Part shown: positions 55,833 to 64,000 of the stretch, piece by piece
Position numbering within the stretch: the first letter of the stretch is position 1
How the letters are laid out: each line of letters starts with the position of its first letter
DNA from: a virus
Lineage: Duplodnaviria; Caudoviricetes
Virus record (IMG/VR): IMGVR_UViG_2740892469_000001
Coordinates: 1 to 64,000 of that record
Reading direction: 5' to 3' (one strand)
Length of the DNA stretch: 64,000 nucleotides
Notes under the pieces: model-generated
What the model was told of the DNA's origin: nothing
Databases searched by the model: none
The model's input: only the letters and a program-made list of their open reading frames with translations
Position numbers and translations under genes: made by a program

Positions 55833-56198
55833 ATGAACCCGAAATTAGTAAAGATGATTGAAGATGCAGGTTTGGAAGTGAGTGACGTTAGCCACATCAT
55901 TGAAGAAGCGCAATCCCAAGTCGCCGTTGCAAAAGATCACCCTATCCTAATGAGCCGCGACAATCATCACGGTTGGAAGTTAGAAGAACTGGCTGAAAAG
56001 CTGCGTGGCGAGATCATGAGTAAGTCACTCAATATTGCCGAAGATATGTCGTTCGAAGCGCAAACGGTGAAGAATAACAACTTCCAAATCCTCGGCCTAC
56101 TTATGCTAGTTGAAGCGCTTCAACGTCAGTCTTTTGTGGTGATGTCTAAGTTAGGCAAAGACCAAGGGCCTGCATCTCAACCAAGAATTGGAAAGTAA
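55833..56198 (+). CDS. Hypothetical protein (mirror)
   Basis: Mirror of 24773-25138. Confidence 0.7.
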   Translation: MNPKLVKMIEDAGLEVSDVSHIIEEAQSQVAVAKDHPILMSRDNHHGWKLEELAEKLRGEIMSKSLNIAEDMSFEAQTVKNNNFQILGLLMLVEALQRQSFVVMSKLGKDQGPASQPRIGK

Positions 56199-56207
56199 GG
56201 AAAGACA

Positions 56208-56531
56208 ATGGCTTTTAATATCATCCCGAGAAACAAAGAGGCTTTAGAGCTAGGTAAGCCTAACGGCTTTTGGAATGCTTTGTTTGTGGAGACGCCACTT
56301 TGCAAAATGGTTGAGGCGGAATACACCGATAGAGGCACGATTAAATACGAGCATGAAGGTTTTGTTGGTGAATGGTTCACGGAAGAAGAAGCGCTGAAGA
56401 TGCACGAAATTCTAACCGAGTACGTGAAGACTGACGAATACCAAAATCACCGTTATTTCTCAGAACGCACTAATCAAATGGAATCCATGCTTGAGTTTTT
56501 GCCTATTTGTGGTGGCTTTAAGCGTGATTAA
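56208..56531 (+). CDS. Hypothetical protein (mirror)
   Basis: Mirror of 24440-24763. Confidence 0.7.
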   Translation: MAFNIIPRNKEALELGKPNGFWNALFVETPLCKMVEAEYTDRGTIKYEHEGFVGEWFTEEEALKMHEILTEYVKTDEYQNHRYFSERTNQMESMLEFLPICGGFKRD

Positions 56532-56602
56532 CAAATAAAGCTTCGCTAATACTGTTTGGCGATGATGATAGCGGCTCTTGCGAGCCGCTTAAGGATTGAA
56601 TA

Positions 56603-56794
56603 ATGAGCAAAGATTTAGTCAATAACACGGAATCTAACGAAATCAAAACGGTACAAGAGGCTGCGATACTTCTTAGAGAGGCGATTCAAGCAGCAGAGTC
56701 TTTTGGTCTGGTTAGAACGCAAGATGGCTCGGTGGTTACTGGTGCGCTTGCTTCTGAACATGGCGTGGTTTTGGTCAGAGGCGATGTCTTGTAA
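56603..56794 (+). CDS. Hypothetical protein (mirror)
   Basis: Mirror of 24177-24368. Confidence 0.65.
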   Translation: MSKDLVNNTESNEIKTVQEAAILLREAIQAAESFGLVRTQDGSVVTGALASEHGVVLVRGDVL

Positions 56795-57213
56795 TGAAAA
56801 TTTGCAGAAAGAAGGTAATCGGAGTTCTGATGACCTTGCCTTTGGTTATCTTCATTTACTACCCATTAGTTAGTAAGAATGGGCCTATTGTTATTTATCT
56901 ATCAATTGCAATTATTGCCCTAGCCTCATTAGCACTTAAAGGCGTCGCCATTTTTTGCGGTTGGGACGATAAAGAGGACTCTAAAGGTAAGAACGCCGAA
57001 AAGATCACTAAGTGCGAAAAGGAACTGCAAAATCTTAGCGTTGGTTTGATGCACTTCTCATTTGAAGAAATTAAAACCCTTGAGTGGAATGAAGTCCAAG
57101 AATCTATCGAAAAAGCAAGAGTAACTGGTGAAGTTGATAACCGATTAAGCATGATCATCAACTTCGGAAAAGGTTTAGAACGATTATTACCGGAGAATAG
57201 CCATGACGCTTGA
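56794..57213 (+). CDS. Two-TM membrane protein (mirror)
   Basis: Mirror of 23758-24177. Confidence 0.65.
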   Translation: MKICRKKVIGVLMTLPLVIFIYYPLVSKNGPIVIYLSIAIIALASLALKGVAIFCGWDDKEDSKGKNAEKITKCEKELQNLSVGLMHFSFEEIKTLEWNEVQESIEKARVTGEVDNRLSMIINFGKGLERLLPENSHDA

Positions 57214-57373
57214 ATATTGTGGAGACTGCTGCGTGTGTGACGAACCAGTCGACTTGTCTGAAATGGGCGCTTGTAAGAGTTGCAATAACACCTTCCATTG
57301 GGGTGATTGTGGTGAATGGCATAGCGGACAGCACACCTGCCACAACTGCATGCCAGATGATGAGGAAGAGTGA
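57203..57373 (+). CDS. PHD-like zinc-finger micro-protein (mirror)
   Basis: Mirror of 23598-23768. Confidence 0.7.
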   Translation: MTLEYCGDCCVCDEPVDLSEMGACKSCNNTFHWGDCGEWHSGQHTCHNCMPDDEEE

Positions 57374-57639
57374 TGGAAACAACGCAAATACTCATCACTG
57401 TACCAACACTTAATGAGGTTTTTGGTTGGTTGGTGTTCTATCTGTGCATTGGTAACGTAGTTTCGCTTATTGGTTGCTTTGGTCTTGTTATGTCTGACTA
57501 CGGAAGAACAGTGCGTAAGGGCACTGCATTTCAAGCCCTACAAATAACGGTTATTTATTGGTTGTTGTGGCCACTGGCCTTGCATGAGATTAAAGGTAGC
57601 TATAAAGGGTGGAACCGAGACTATAAATATTACCGATAA
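57370..57639 (+). CDS. Small membrane protein (mirror)
   Basis: Mirror of 23332-23601. Confidence 0.65.
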   Translation: MMETTQILITVPTLNEVFGWLVFYLCIGNVVSLIGCFGLVMSDYGRTVRKGTAFQALQITVIYWLLWPLALHEIKGSYKGWNRDYKYYR

Positions 57640-57777
57640 CGAATAGCTGAACACTTGAAATATCAATATATGTACAAATTGAGCAAATTTAACACAACAT
57701 ATAGTTGCAAAGGTGGGGTTGTTGGTATATCGTTTACCTAACATGCGGTTTTTGTATCTCGCAACAATTTATTTTAT

Positions 57778-57804
57778 AGCCTCGCCTTCGTGCGGGGCTT
57801 TTTT
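57778..57804 (+). terminator. Late leader terminator (mirror)
   Basis: Mirror of 23167-23193. Confidence 0.75.
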
Positions 57805-57843
57805 ATACCTGGAGATGGGCGCAGTAATGCGCCTTTTTTATTT

Positions 57844-58125
57844 ATGCTAGAGAAAAAACACAAGCGTTGGGCGCTTTCTGCTCTAGCAGCGGCGCTTATC
57901 GCATTCATAGTCGCCAAGGGTGACCGTATCACTGCGGCGATTGGTAGCTTTACTGCTGCGATGGGCGCTCTAGGTTGGAGTGAGCTGTCAATGATAGTAG
58001 GTATCACTTGTACCATTCTGACCTTTGTCATTACGAATACGGTGAACTTCGTCTTCCGAAAAAAGGAATTCGAACTGAAGCGTGAAGCGCAATTGATGCA
58101 ATTGACAGGAGAGGATGAGACTTAA
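57844..58125 (+). CDS. Holin (mirror)
   Basis: Mirror of 22846-23127. Confidence 0.75.
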   Translation: MLEKKHKRWALSALAAALIAFIVAKGDRITAAIGSFTAAMGALGWSELSMIVGITCTILTFVITNTVNFVFRKKEFELKREAQLMQLTGEDET

Positions 58126-58781
58126 TGCAGCACACTAAGAAAATCGTTTGTTCCGTCATGGCCGTTATCGGCGTGATCGTTGGTGGCGCTGTAAAGGATG
58201 ATTCCAAACTCTCAGCCAGTGTTGAGCCAACTGCGCAATATGATGCGATTAGTCAGGATGTTCGCCCTGTTGATGATTGGGAACGAATTGGTCTGGTTGA
58301 GATTGGCGGTGTTGAGGTTGGCGAGCTGATTGTCTCGCCCAAGGCACTGGAGGTTATCGGTAATGCGGAAGGATGCAGACGAAGCCCTTACACCTGCCCA
58401 GCAGGGTTAAAAACCGATGGTATTGGTAACACGCACGGTGTTACTGACGGAATTAAGAGCGATGAACAGATAGCCATTGATTGGACTCGAAATATCATCG
58501 CTGCACAGAATTGTCTCGCGTCATCCGGTGATGTGGCTTCGATGAGCCAGGGCCAAGTTGATGCTTTCACATCGTTCATATTTAACACGGGTTGCACGCG
58601 ATTCAAGCACAACCGTGATGGTAGCGAGACACGCATTTACCACAAGATTAAGCAGGGCTGGTTTACTGGCGCATGCAATGAGCTGAAGTATTGGGTTTAT
58701 GCAGGTGGTCAGAAACTGAAAGGCTTAATCAACCGTAGAGAGGTGGAGGCCAATCTATGTCATGGATTAGAAAGTTCATAG
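58125..58781 (+). CDS. SAR endolysin (mirror)
   Basis: Mirror of 22190-22846. Confidence 0.92.
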   Translation: MQHTKKIVCSVMAVIGVIVGGAVKDDSKLSASVEPTAQYDAISQDVRPVDDWERIGLVEIGGVEVGELIVSPKALEVIGNAEGCRRSPYTCPAGLKTDGIGNTHGVTDGIKSDEQIAIDWTRNIIAAQNCLASSGDVASMSQGQVDAFTSFIFNTGCTRFKHNRDGSETRIYHKIKQGWFTGACNELKYWVYAGGQKLKGLINRREVEANLCHGLESS

Positions 58782-59182
58782 GCGTTGGCCCTTTAATTGT
58801 TATTGCGGTGTTGGTTGGACTGCTGTTTATCAGTGATAGCCAAACGCAAAAGGCGCGAGAAGCTTTGAGCCAAGCTTCCTCAGAACTCGCTGCCGAGAGG
58901 GCAAAGTTAGATGTTGCGATTGCTTTTAACACATCGCAGAACGAGACGATTAAGTCGCTCAATAAGCAATTGGTGGACGCGCAAGTGGCCGATGAGTGGA
59001 TGCGAAAGTTCAATGTGTCCATGGACACAAAGCTTGAGACCACACTATTTGAATTAGGGAAGATACTCGATGAAGAAGCAACGGATTTTAATAGTGGCTG
59101 TGACGAGCGCTTTAGTCCTGGCATCGCTGAGCGGATGCAGCAGTATTACGACTCCAGAAAGGGAAGTGCTGTACAAGATTGA
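58757..59182 (+). CDS. i-spanin, Rz-like (mirror)
   Basis: Mirror of 21789-22214. Confidence 0.8.
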   Translation: MSWIRKFIGVGPLIVIAVLVGLLFISDSQTQKAREALSQASSELAAERAKLDVAIAFNTSQNETIKSLNKQLVDAQVADEWMRKFNVSMDTKLETTLFELGKILDEEATDFNSGCDERFSPGIAERMQQYYDSRKGSAVQD

Positions 59183-59372
59183 ATATGTTCCGATGCTTCC
59201 GCCACCTGCCTTGCTTGCTCCATGCATCCCACCATTTGAAGAGGCGATGAAGACTCACAGCCAAGATGAGTCATACACTCGCGATATCACTTGGAGTATT
59301 GAGTTTGATAAGTGCGCGGTTAGACCCGACAAGATTAAACAGTGGTACCAAGACAAACAGGTAGACAAGTAG
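59070..59372 (+). CDS. o-spanin, Rz1-like (mirror)
   Basis: Mirror of 21599-21901. Confidence 0.85.
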   Translation: MKKQRILIVAVTSALVLASLSGCSSITTPEREVLYKIEYVPMLPPPALLAPCIPPFEEAMKTHSQDESYTRDITWSIEFDKCAVRPDKIKQWYQDKQVDK

Positions 59373-59525
59373 CGTGACTGATTGATTGCGTACTTACTAT
59401 CTCCCATTAAAGCCAGCGATTGCTGGCTTTATTCATTGGTTAGGACTTTTACGAGAGTTTTAAGCAATGAGTTACCACAACTGTTTTTGTATTGATTCTA
59501 TCAAGGAGAGCTTATGCATTGTTAA

Positions 59526-59744
59526 CTCCCAAGTGGGCGGGTGACGACAACTGAACGGGCAGGCTAGACGAGCGTCACGGAAACCAAACTCATGACAGTC
59601 ACGGTATGGACAATCCACCAGACCGTGACAAACCCGAGCCATACAAAGGAAAAGTCGATAGTTGTTTAGGTGGCGCACTGGATTGTGAACAACCATTCGA
59701 CGCTTTATTGCTGAACGTTCTCGGTGAGAGTGTTGAGCAATAAA
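59526..59744 (+). ncRNA. Candidate structured ncRNA (mirror)
   Basis: Mirror of 21227-21445. Confidence 0.45.
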
Positions 59745-59832
59745 GGAGAAGTGACCGAGAGGCCGATGGTGTTCCCCTGCTAAGGGAATGTGCGGCAACG
59801 CACCGAGGGTTCGAATCCCTCTTTCTCCGCCA
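59745..59832 (+). tRNA. tRNA-Ser(GCT) (mirror)
   Basis: Mirror of 21139-21226. Confidence 0.93.
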
Positions 59833-59857
59833 ATCAATCAAAGAGTGAGACCACGCT

Positions 59858-60049
59858 ATGTGCCAATCAGTATCGATGTTCGAGTCTGTCATGAATACGC
59901 AATGCCAAGCATTGGAGAAGATGATGACCAATCAAGACACATGTAACCCTCAGCTAATGGAAGAGGCGAAGCAGCTACTTGAAGAGGCGAACATCAAAGC
60001 GATTCAAGCAGCGAAGCAAACGACCACGACTCAGAACGAGGTGGCGTGA
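59858..60049 (+). CDS. Small hypothetical protein (mirror)
   Basis: Mirror of 20922-21113. Confidence 0.5.
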   Translation: MCQSVSMFESVMNTQCQALEKMMTNQDTCNPQLMEEAKQLLEEANIKAIQAAKQTTTTQNEVA

Positions 60050-60151
60050 TGTATGTGCTCAAGCCAGACGCTAAGCGTAATCGGCGCAGTCGAAAGAAAG
60101 CTTGGCACGAGTTTGAGCGAGGAACAATGCAGCGCGCGGCTCAATTGGAAC

Positions 60152-60193
60152 GGGTCCTTCTGGGCACCCTGAGCGACCACGGGGGCTCGACCT
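60152..60193 (+). other. cos site, cosQ plus cosN (mirror)
   Basis: GGGTCCT at 60152-60158; GGGGCTCGACCT at 60182-60193. Confidence 0.85.
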
Positions 60194-60261
60194 CGCAGAA
60201 AAGCTCTCGTTAAAAATTTTTTTTATTTTGGAGGTTTCCGGTTTCCGGTCAAAAACCATGA

Positions 60262-60864
60262 ATGAGCGAACTATTCAACCCGAGCAAAAAGTTCACGCAG
60301 TTGGACATAGCGACGCTTCTTGGCATTTCATCTAGACAGGTCCGAAACCTTACGCAACAAGGGGTTCTGCCTGTCGCCAAAGGGCGAAATGGTATCGATC
60401 CTCTTGCGTGTATCCATGCTTACATTACCTATAAATCGCAATCAAAAGCCTCCGATTCAAAACCGGAAACCGAGCAAGAAGATGAGGAAGCGTTTGCGAA
60501 ATTAGAGCGCGATCTCAAGATAGAGGAACGGCGCGAAAAGTTGGCGATGCTAAAAGCCAAGCGCGTACTGTTTGAAAAAAGTTACGCACCAATAGACATC
60601 ATCGTCGATACCTTAGAACAGGTATGCGCCAGAGTGGGCACACGCCTCGACACCCTCCTTCCGAAACTAAAGAACGCATGGCCCGACATGCCACCCGAAG
60701 CGGTGGAAGTTTTAGAGGCCGTGATTGCTGCTGTATTAAATGAGTGTGCCGATGTTCAACCAAACCTCTCCGATTACATTGACAGCGATCCAGACGAAAG
60801 TCCGTCGTGGCTTGATGGGGATGAGGAGAACAATCGCAATCAAGGGAGCGGAGTGGGCCAATAA
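60262..60864 (+). CDS. Terminase small subunit (mirror)
   Basis: Mirror of 20107-20709. Confidence 0.88.
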   Translation: MSELFNPSKKFTQLDIATLLGISSRQVRNLTQQGVLPVAKGRNGIDPLACIHAYITYKSQSKASDSKPETEQEDEEAFAKLERDLKIEERREKLAMLKAKRVLFEKSYAPIDIIVDTLEQVCARVGTRLDTLLPKLKNAWPDMPPEAVEVLEAVIAAVLNECADVQPNLSDYIDSDPDESPSWLDGDEENNRNQGSGVGQ

Positions 60865-62728
60865 GCATTTCCGGTTAGCTGCTGGTTCTTCTCAGGAAGA
60901 AGGCTTTTGGGAAACACTGCCTTTGCAGGTTGTGCCACTCAACATGATGTGCAACCGCGCTATATCCGAGCTGACCATGCAAAAGTCGGCTCGTGTTGGC
61001 TGGTCCAAGTTGGTCATAGCAGCAAACTCTTGTCTGCATGCTCAGTTCAAAACCAACACCGTGATTTACGTACCGACAGAGAACGACGCAAAAAACATCT
61101 CTGTCACCGAGATTGATGCTGCTTGGCAGGAAATGCCAATCATGCACCAAATCTTCCCAGCCTTATTCGCTAAGGACCACCGAAACACCGTTTCCTACAA
61201 ACAGGGAACAGGCTGGTCGCTGCATGTCCTCGGCACATCCACACCGCGAAACATGCGTGCTCTGACTAAAGGCGCGTTGTTCGGTGATGAGATTGACGGA
61301 TGGGATTGGGAAGTCGGTAAAGAAGGTAACCCTATCGATCTTGCGCGAATGCGTTTGGAAGGCGCCGCTTTCCCGATGGCAAGGTGGGGAACCACACCAA
61401 CCAATACAGGCGAGTCGCACGTTGAACGCCTAATGGCAAAGATGGAGCTGACTTTCCGCTTTTATCTGCCATGCCCACACTGCGGAACCGAGCAGGTTTT
61501 GGAGTGGGGCAGTAAAGAAGATAAACATGGCTTCAAGTGGGACAACACTCAGCCAAGTATCGAGAAAAAATCAAAGACAGTTTATTACAGCTGCGTGCAT
61601 TGTGACGACCCTATCTACTACAAGCACCTCTACAAGATGGAGCTTGCAGGTCGTTGGATTGCCGAAGATGGCACATGGACACGCGATGGCCATGAGTTCT
61701 TTGATATAGACGACAACCCAGCGCCAACGCCAAGCAGCGTCGGTATTCACATTTGGTCAGGATACAACACCAAATTGAGTGCAGGTTGGCGCGGCATAGT
61801 GCGTGACTTCCTCAACAAGAAAGACGACCCAAGTCAGCTCAAAACGTTCGTCAATCTAACGCTCGGTGAGCTTTGGGATGGTGAGAACGGAGAGAAGCTG
61901 GATTGGGAGCATCTCAAGTCGCGCCGTGAAATATGGTGGGCAGAGAGTCGCACCAGTAACCCAGTACCTGAGCGAGCCGTGGTTTTGACCGGAGGCATTG
62001 ATACTCAGGATGACCGCATCGAACTCTTTGTGTGGGCGTGGGGACCAGGTGAAGAATGTTGGCTTGTCGAGCACATCGTTCTTCTCGGGGATTTATCGAG
62101 CCAAGTATTAAAGGATGCCGCTGGAAAAGCGCTGTATCGGACCTACAAAAAGCGCAGTGGCCAAGTGATGGACGTTCAGCTTTGGTGTTGGGACGCCATG
62201 GGCCATAAAACCGATGACGTTTACCAGATGAGTCGAACGCACGGCGTGATGTGGGTGATCCCAATCCAAGGTGAGAACCAATACGGCAAGCCGATACAAA
62301 ACTTCCCTCGCAAGAAAAACAACAAAAAAGTCTACCTCACTAGGCTAGGTACCGACGGTATCAAGCAACGACTTTACAGCCGTTTAGGTTTAACCCCGAA
62401 AGGTGATGAACCTGTGCCTGGATGTGTTCACTTTCCATTGGATGATGACATAGCCGGTGATGAGTTTTTCAAGCAGCTCTGCTCAGCCAATAAAAAGTTG
62501 GAACATGACAAGTCAGGGCGACAAGTTTGGCGATGGGTGAAGCAATACCACCCATTTGATGAAGCGTTAGACGGATGGGTGTATGCGTATGCGGCACTCA
62601 ACATTCTCACTCAACGGTTCGGTCTCGAACTGGAAGAGCCGCAACCCCAACAACCTCAAGAACAACCACAAACATCCGGTCTCAGCATCGCTGAGTTAGC
62701 CGCGAGATTGAAAGGTGGATCAAGATGA
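60740..62728 (+). CDS. Terminase large subunit (mirror)
   Basis: Mirror of 18243-20231. Confidence 0.95.
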   Translation: MSVPMFNQTSPITLTAIQTKVRRGLMGMRRTIAIKGAEWANKHFRLAAGSSQEEGFWETLPLQVVPLNMMCNRAISELTMQKSARVGWSKLVIAANSCLHAQFKTNTVIYVPTENDAKNISVTEIDAAWQEMPIMHQIFPALFAKDHRNTVSYKQGTGWSLHVLGTSTPRNMRALTKGALFGDEIDGWDWEVGKEGNPIDLARMRLEGAAFPMARWGTTPTNTGESHVERLMAKMELTFRFYLPCPHCGTEQVLEWGSKEDKHGFKWDNTQPSIEKKSKTVYYSCVHCDDPIYYKHLYKMELAGRWIAEDGTWTRDGHEFFDIDDNPAPTPSSVGIHIWSGYNTKLSAGWRGIVRDFLNKKDDPSQLKTFVNLTLGELWDGENGEKLDWEHLKSRREIWWAESRTSNPVPERAVVLTGGIDTQDDRIELFVWAWGPGEECWLVEHIVLLGDLSSQVLKDAAGKALYRTYKKRSGQVMDVQLWCWDAMGHKTDDVYQMSRTHGVMWVIPIQGENQYGKPIQNFPRKKNNKKVYLTRLGTDGIKQRLYSRLGLTPKGDEPVPGCVHFPLDDDIAGDEFFKQLCSANKKLEHDKSGRQVWRWVKQYHPFDEALDGWVYAYAALNILTQRFGLELEEPQPQQPQEQPQTSGLSIAELAARLKGGSR

Positions 62729-62934
62729 CAAAACAAGAAATGTTGCAACAGGCCGAAGCCGCCTTTCATAGCTTGCAAACAGGAAAGATGGCGGTTTCCG
62801 TACAGAAAGGAGACCGCAAAGTTGAATACAGTCGAGCCAACATCCATGAACTTCGCGCCTACATTGATGATTTGCGTGGACAGTTAGGATTGAGCTCAGT
62901 TCGTCGTCGCGGCCCTGCAGGAGTTTCATTCTAA
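62725..62934 (+). CDS. Head-tail adaptor, gpW-like (mirror)
   Basis: Mirror of 18037-18246. Confidence 0.92.
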   Translation: MTKQEMLQQAEAAFHSLQTGKMAVSVQKGDRKVEYSRANIHELRAYIDDLRGQLGLSSVRRRGPAGVSF

Positions 62935-64000
62935 TGACACACACCGGACTACTGGCTGCAGATGGTCAAACACCATTAAGAGATGCGGTGTATCGAGCTG
63001 GCGGTTCAGGGTTTGGTGGCCAGATGAGCGATTGGAACCCTCCGTCAAAATCGGTAGACGCTGCTTTCTTGCCTGTCATGAGACAGGCGAACGCCAGAAC
63101 AGACGATGTCACGCGCAATAACGGTATTGCTGCAAACGGCATCCAGCTACACAAAGACCACATCATTGGCTCTGAGTTTCGCCTCAGTTACAAACCAAAC
63201 TGGCTATTGCTCGGCATCGATCCAGACAAAGGGTTCGTGCGTGAAGTGGAAGCCATTTTTCGTGACATCGCCGAAGACCCGAACTGCTTTATCGACGCAG
63301 AAGGTCGCCGCACGTTCACCATGATGATGCGAGAGGGCATTGAAACCCATGCTCACACAGGCGAAATCATGGCGAAGCCCGAATGGATAGACCGTCGCCA
63401 TTCGCACTTTTCAACCTGCATTCGCATGGTCGCGCCACGCAAGGTTAACAACCCCAACTACATGATGGACAAACCCCATCAGCGTGGTGGGATGCGCTTC
63501 AATCGACATGGCGAAGCCATTTCCTACTTCATTGAAGAAGGGGCCGATAACTTTGGCTCGCCAAAGAAATGGCGTGAAGTACCGAAGCGTTTACGCTCGG
63601 GGCGCATGGGGTTCTTGCATATCTTTGAGCCATCGGAAGGTGGGCAATGTCGTGGCGTGAATAAGTTCTTATCGTGTTTAGAGCAATTGAAGATGCTCGA
63701 CACCTTACAGAACACCACGTTACAGCGAGCGATTGTCAACGCCATGTACGCCGCCAGTATCGAGTCAGAGCTTGGAACGGACCAAGCGATGGAGTACTTG
63801 TTCGGTGCGCAGCAAAATGGTGCGGTCGAAAAGATGCTAATGACCTACGGCGATTACTACGCCAACAACGAGGTCAAGTTCAACGGCGTCAAACTGCCTC
63901 ACCTTATGCCAGGTGACAAAATCAACCTGCACAGCGCAGGGAACGCCGATAACGGATTCGCGGCCTTGGAGCAATCCATCATCCGCTACGTTGCGGCTGG
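62934..64000 (+). CDS. Portal protein (mirror, truncated by the window end)
   Basis: Mirror of 16971-18037. Confidence 0.92.
   Translation, partial: MTHTGLLAADGQTPLRDAVYRAGGSGFGGQMSDWNPPSKSVDAAFLPVMRQANARTDDVTRNNGIAANGIQLHKDHIIGSEFRLSYKPNWLLLGIDPDKGFVREVEAIFRDIAEDPNCFIDAEGRRTFTMMMREGIETHAHTGEIMAKPEWIDRRHSHFSTCIRMVAPRKVNNPNYMMDKPHQRGGMRFNRHGEAISYFIEEGADNFGSPKKWREVPKRLRSGRMGFLHIFEPSEGGQCRGVNKFLSCLEQLKMLDTLQNTTLQRAIVNAMYAASIESELGTDQAMEYLFGAQQNGAVEKMLMTYGDYYANNEVKFNGVKLPHLMPGDKINLHSAGNADNGFAALEQSIIRYVAA

Larger units (their letters stand above)
16971..64000. repeat. Giant inverted repeat (arms 16971-40485 and 40486-64000, running off the window)
   Basis: Every ORF at a..b recurs at 80971-b..80971-a on the opposite strand with the same translation. 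Confidence 0.97.

Noticed and set aside
40486-64000. Second set of phage genes as a genuine duplication or second prophage
   Set aside because: It mirrors 16971-40485 about a protelomerase-adjacent axis, which hairpin read-through explains

Overview
The window holds most of a temperate, N15-like linear plasmid prophage with a lambda-like head and a non-contractile tail. The host cannot be read from the sequence; a gammaproteobacterium, possibly Vibrionaceae, is an inference. Everything from 16971 to 64000 is one giant inverted repeat (position x mirrors 80971-x) centred at 40485/40486 (CCACTAAGTATTTAC|GTAAATACTTAGTGG), just upstream of a protelomerase gene. This is best read as sequencing or assembly through a covalently closed hairpin telomere, or a head-to-head replication dimer, so 40486-64000 is a second copy of 16971-40485. 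Unique content, reading leftwards from the telomere: protelomerase and an acidic partner ORF, small accessory genes, primase-helicase RepA, an S24 repressor/cro/Q control region, an early accessory operon (AP2-like protein, RdgC-FtsK-gamma fusion, SSB, ASCH protein, PHD-like micro-protein, an amber-interrupted gene), a lysis cassette, a structured non-coding region with tRNA-Ser(GCT), a lambda-type cos site, head and tail operons (including an SGNH-esterase tail protein and a G/T frameshift), and a divergent XRE regulator/small-ORF pair. No parA/parB genes are visible; they may lie left of the window. All family assignments come from motif recognition by eye, with no database search.
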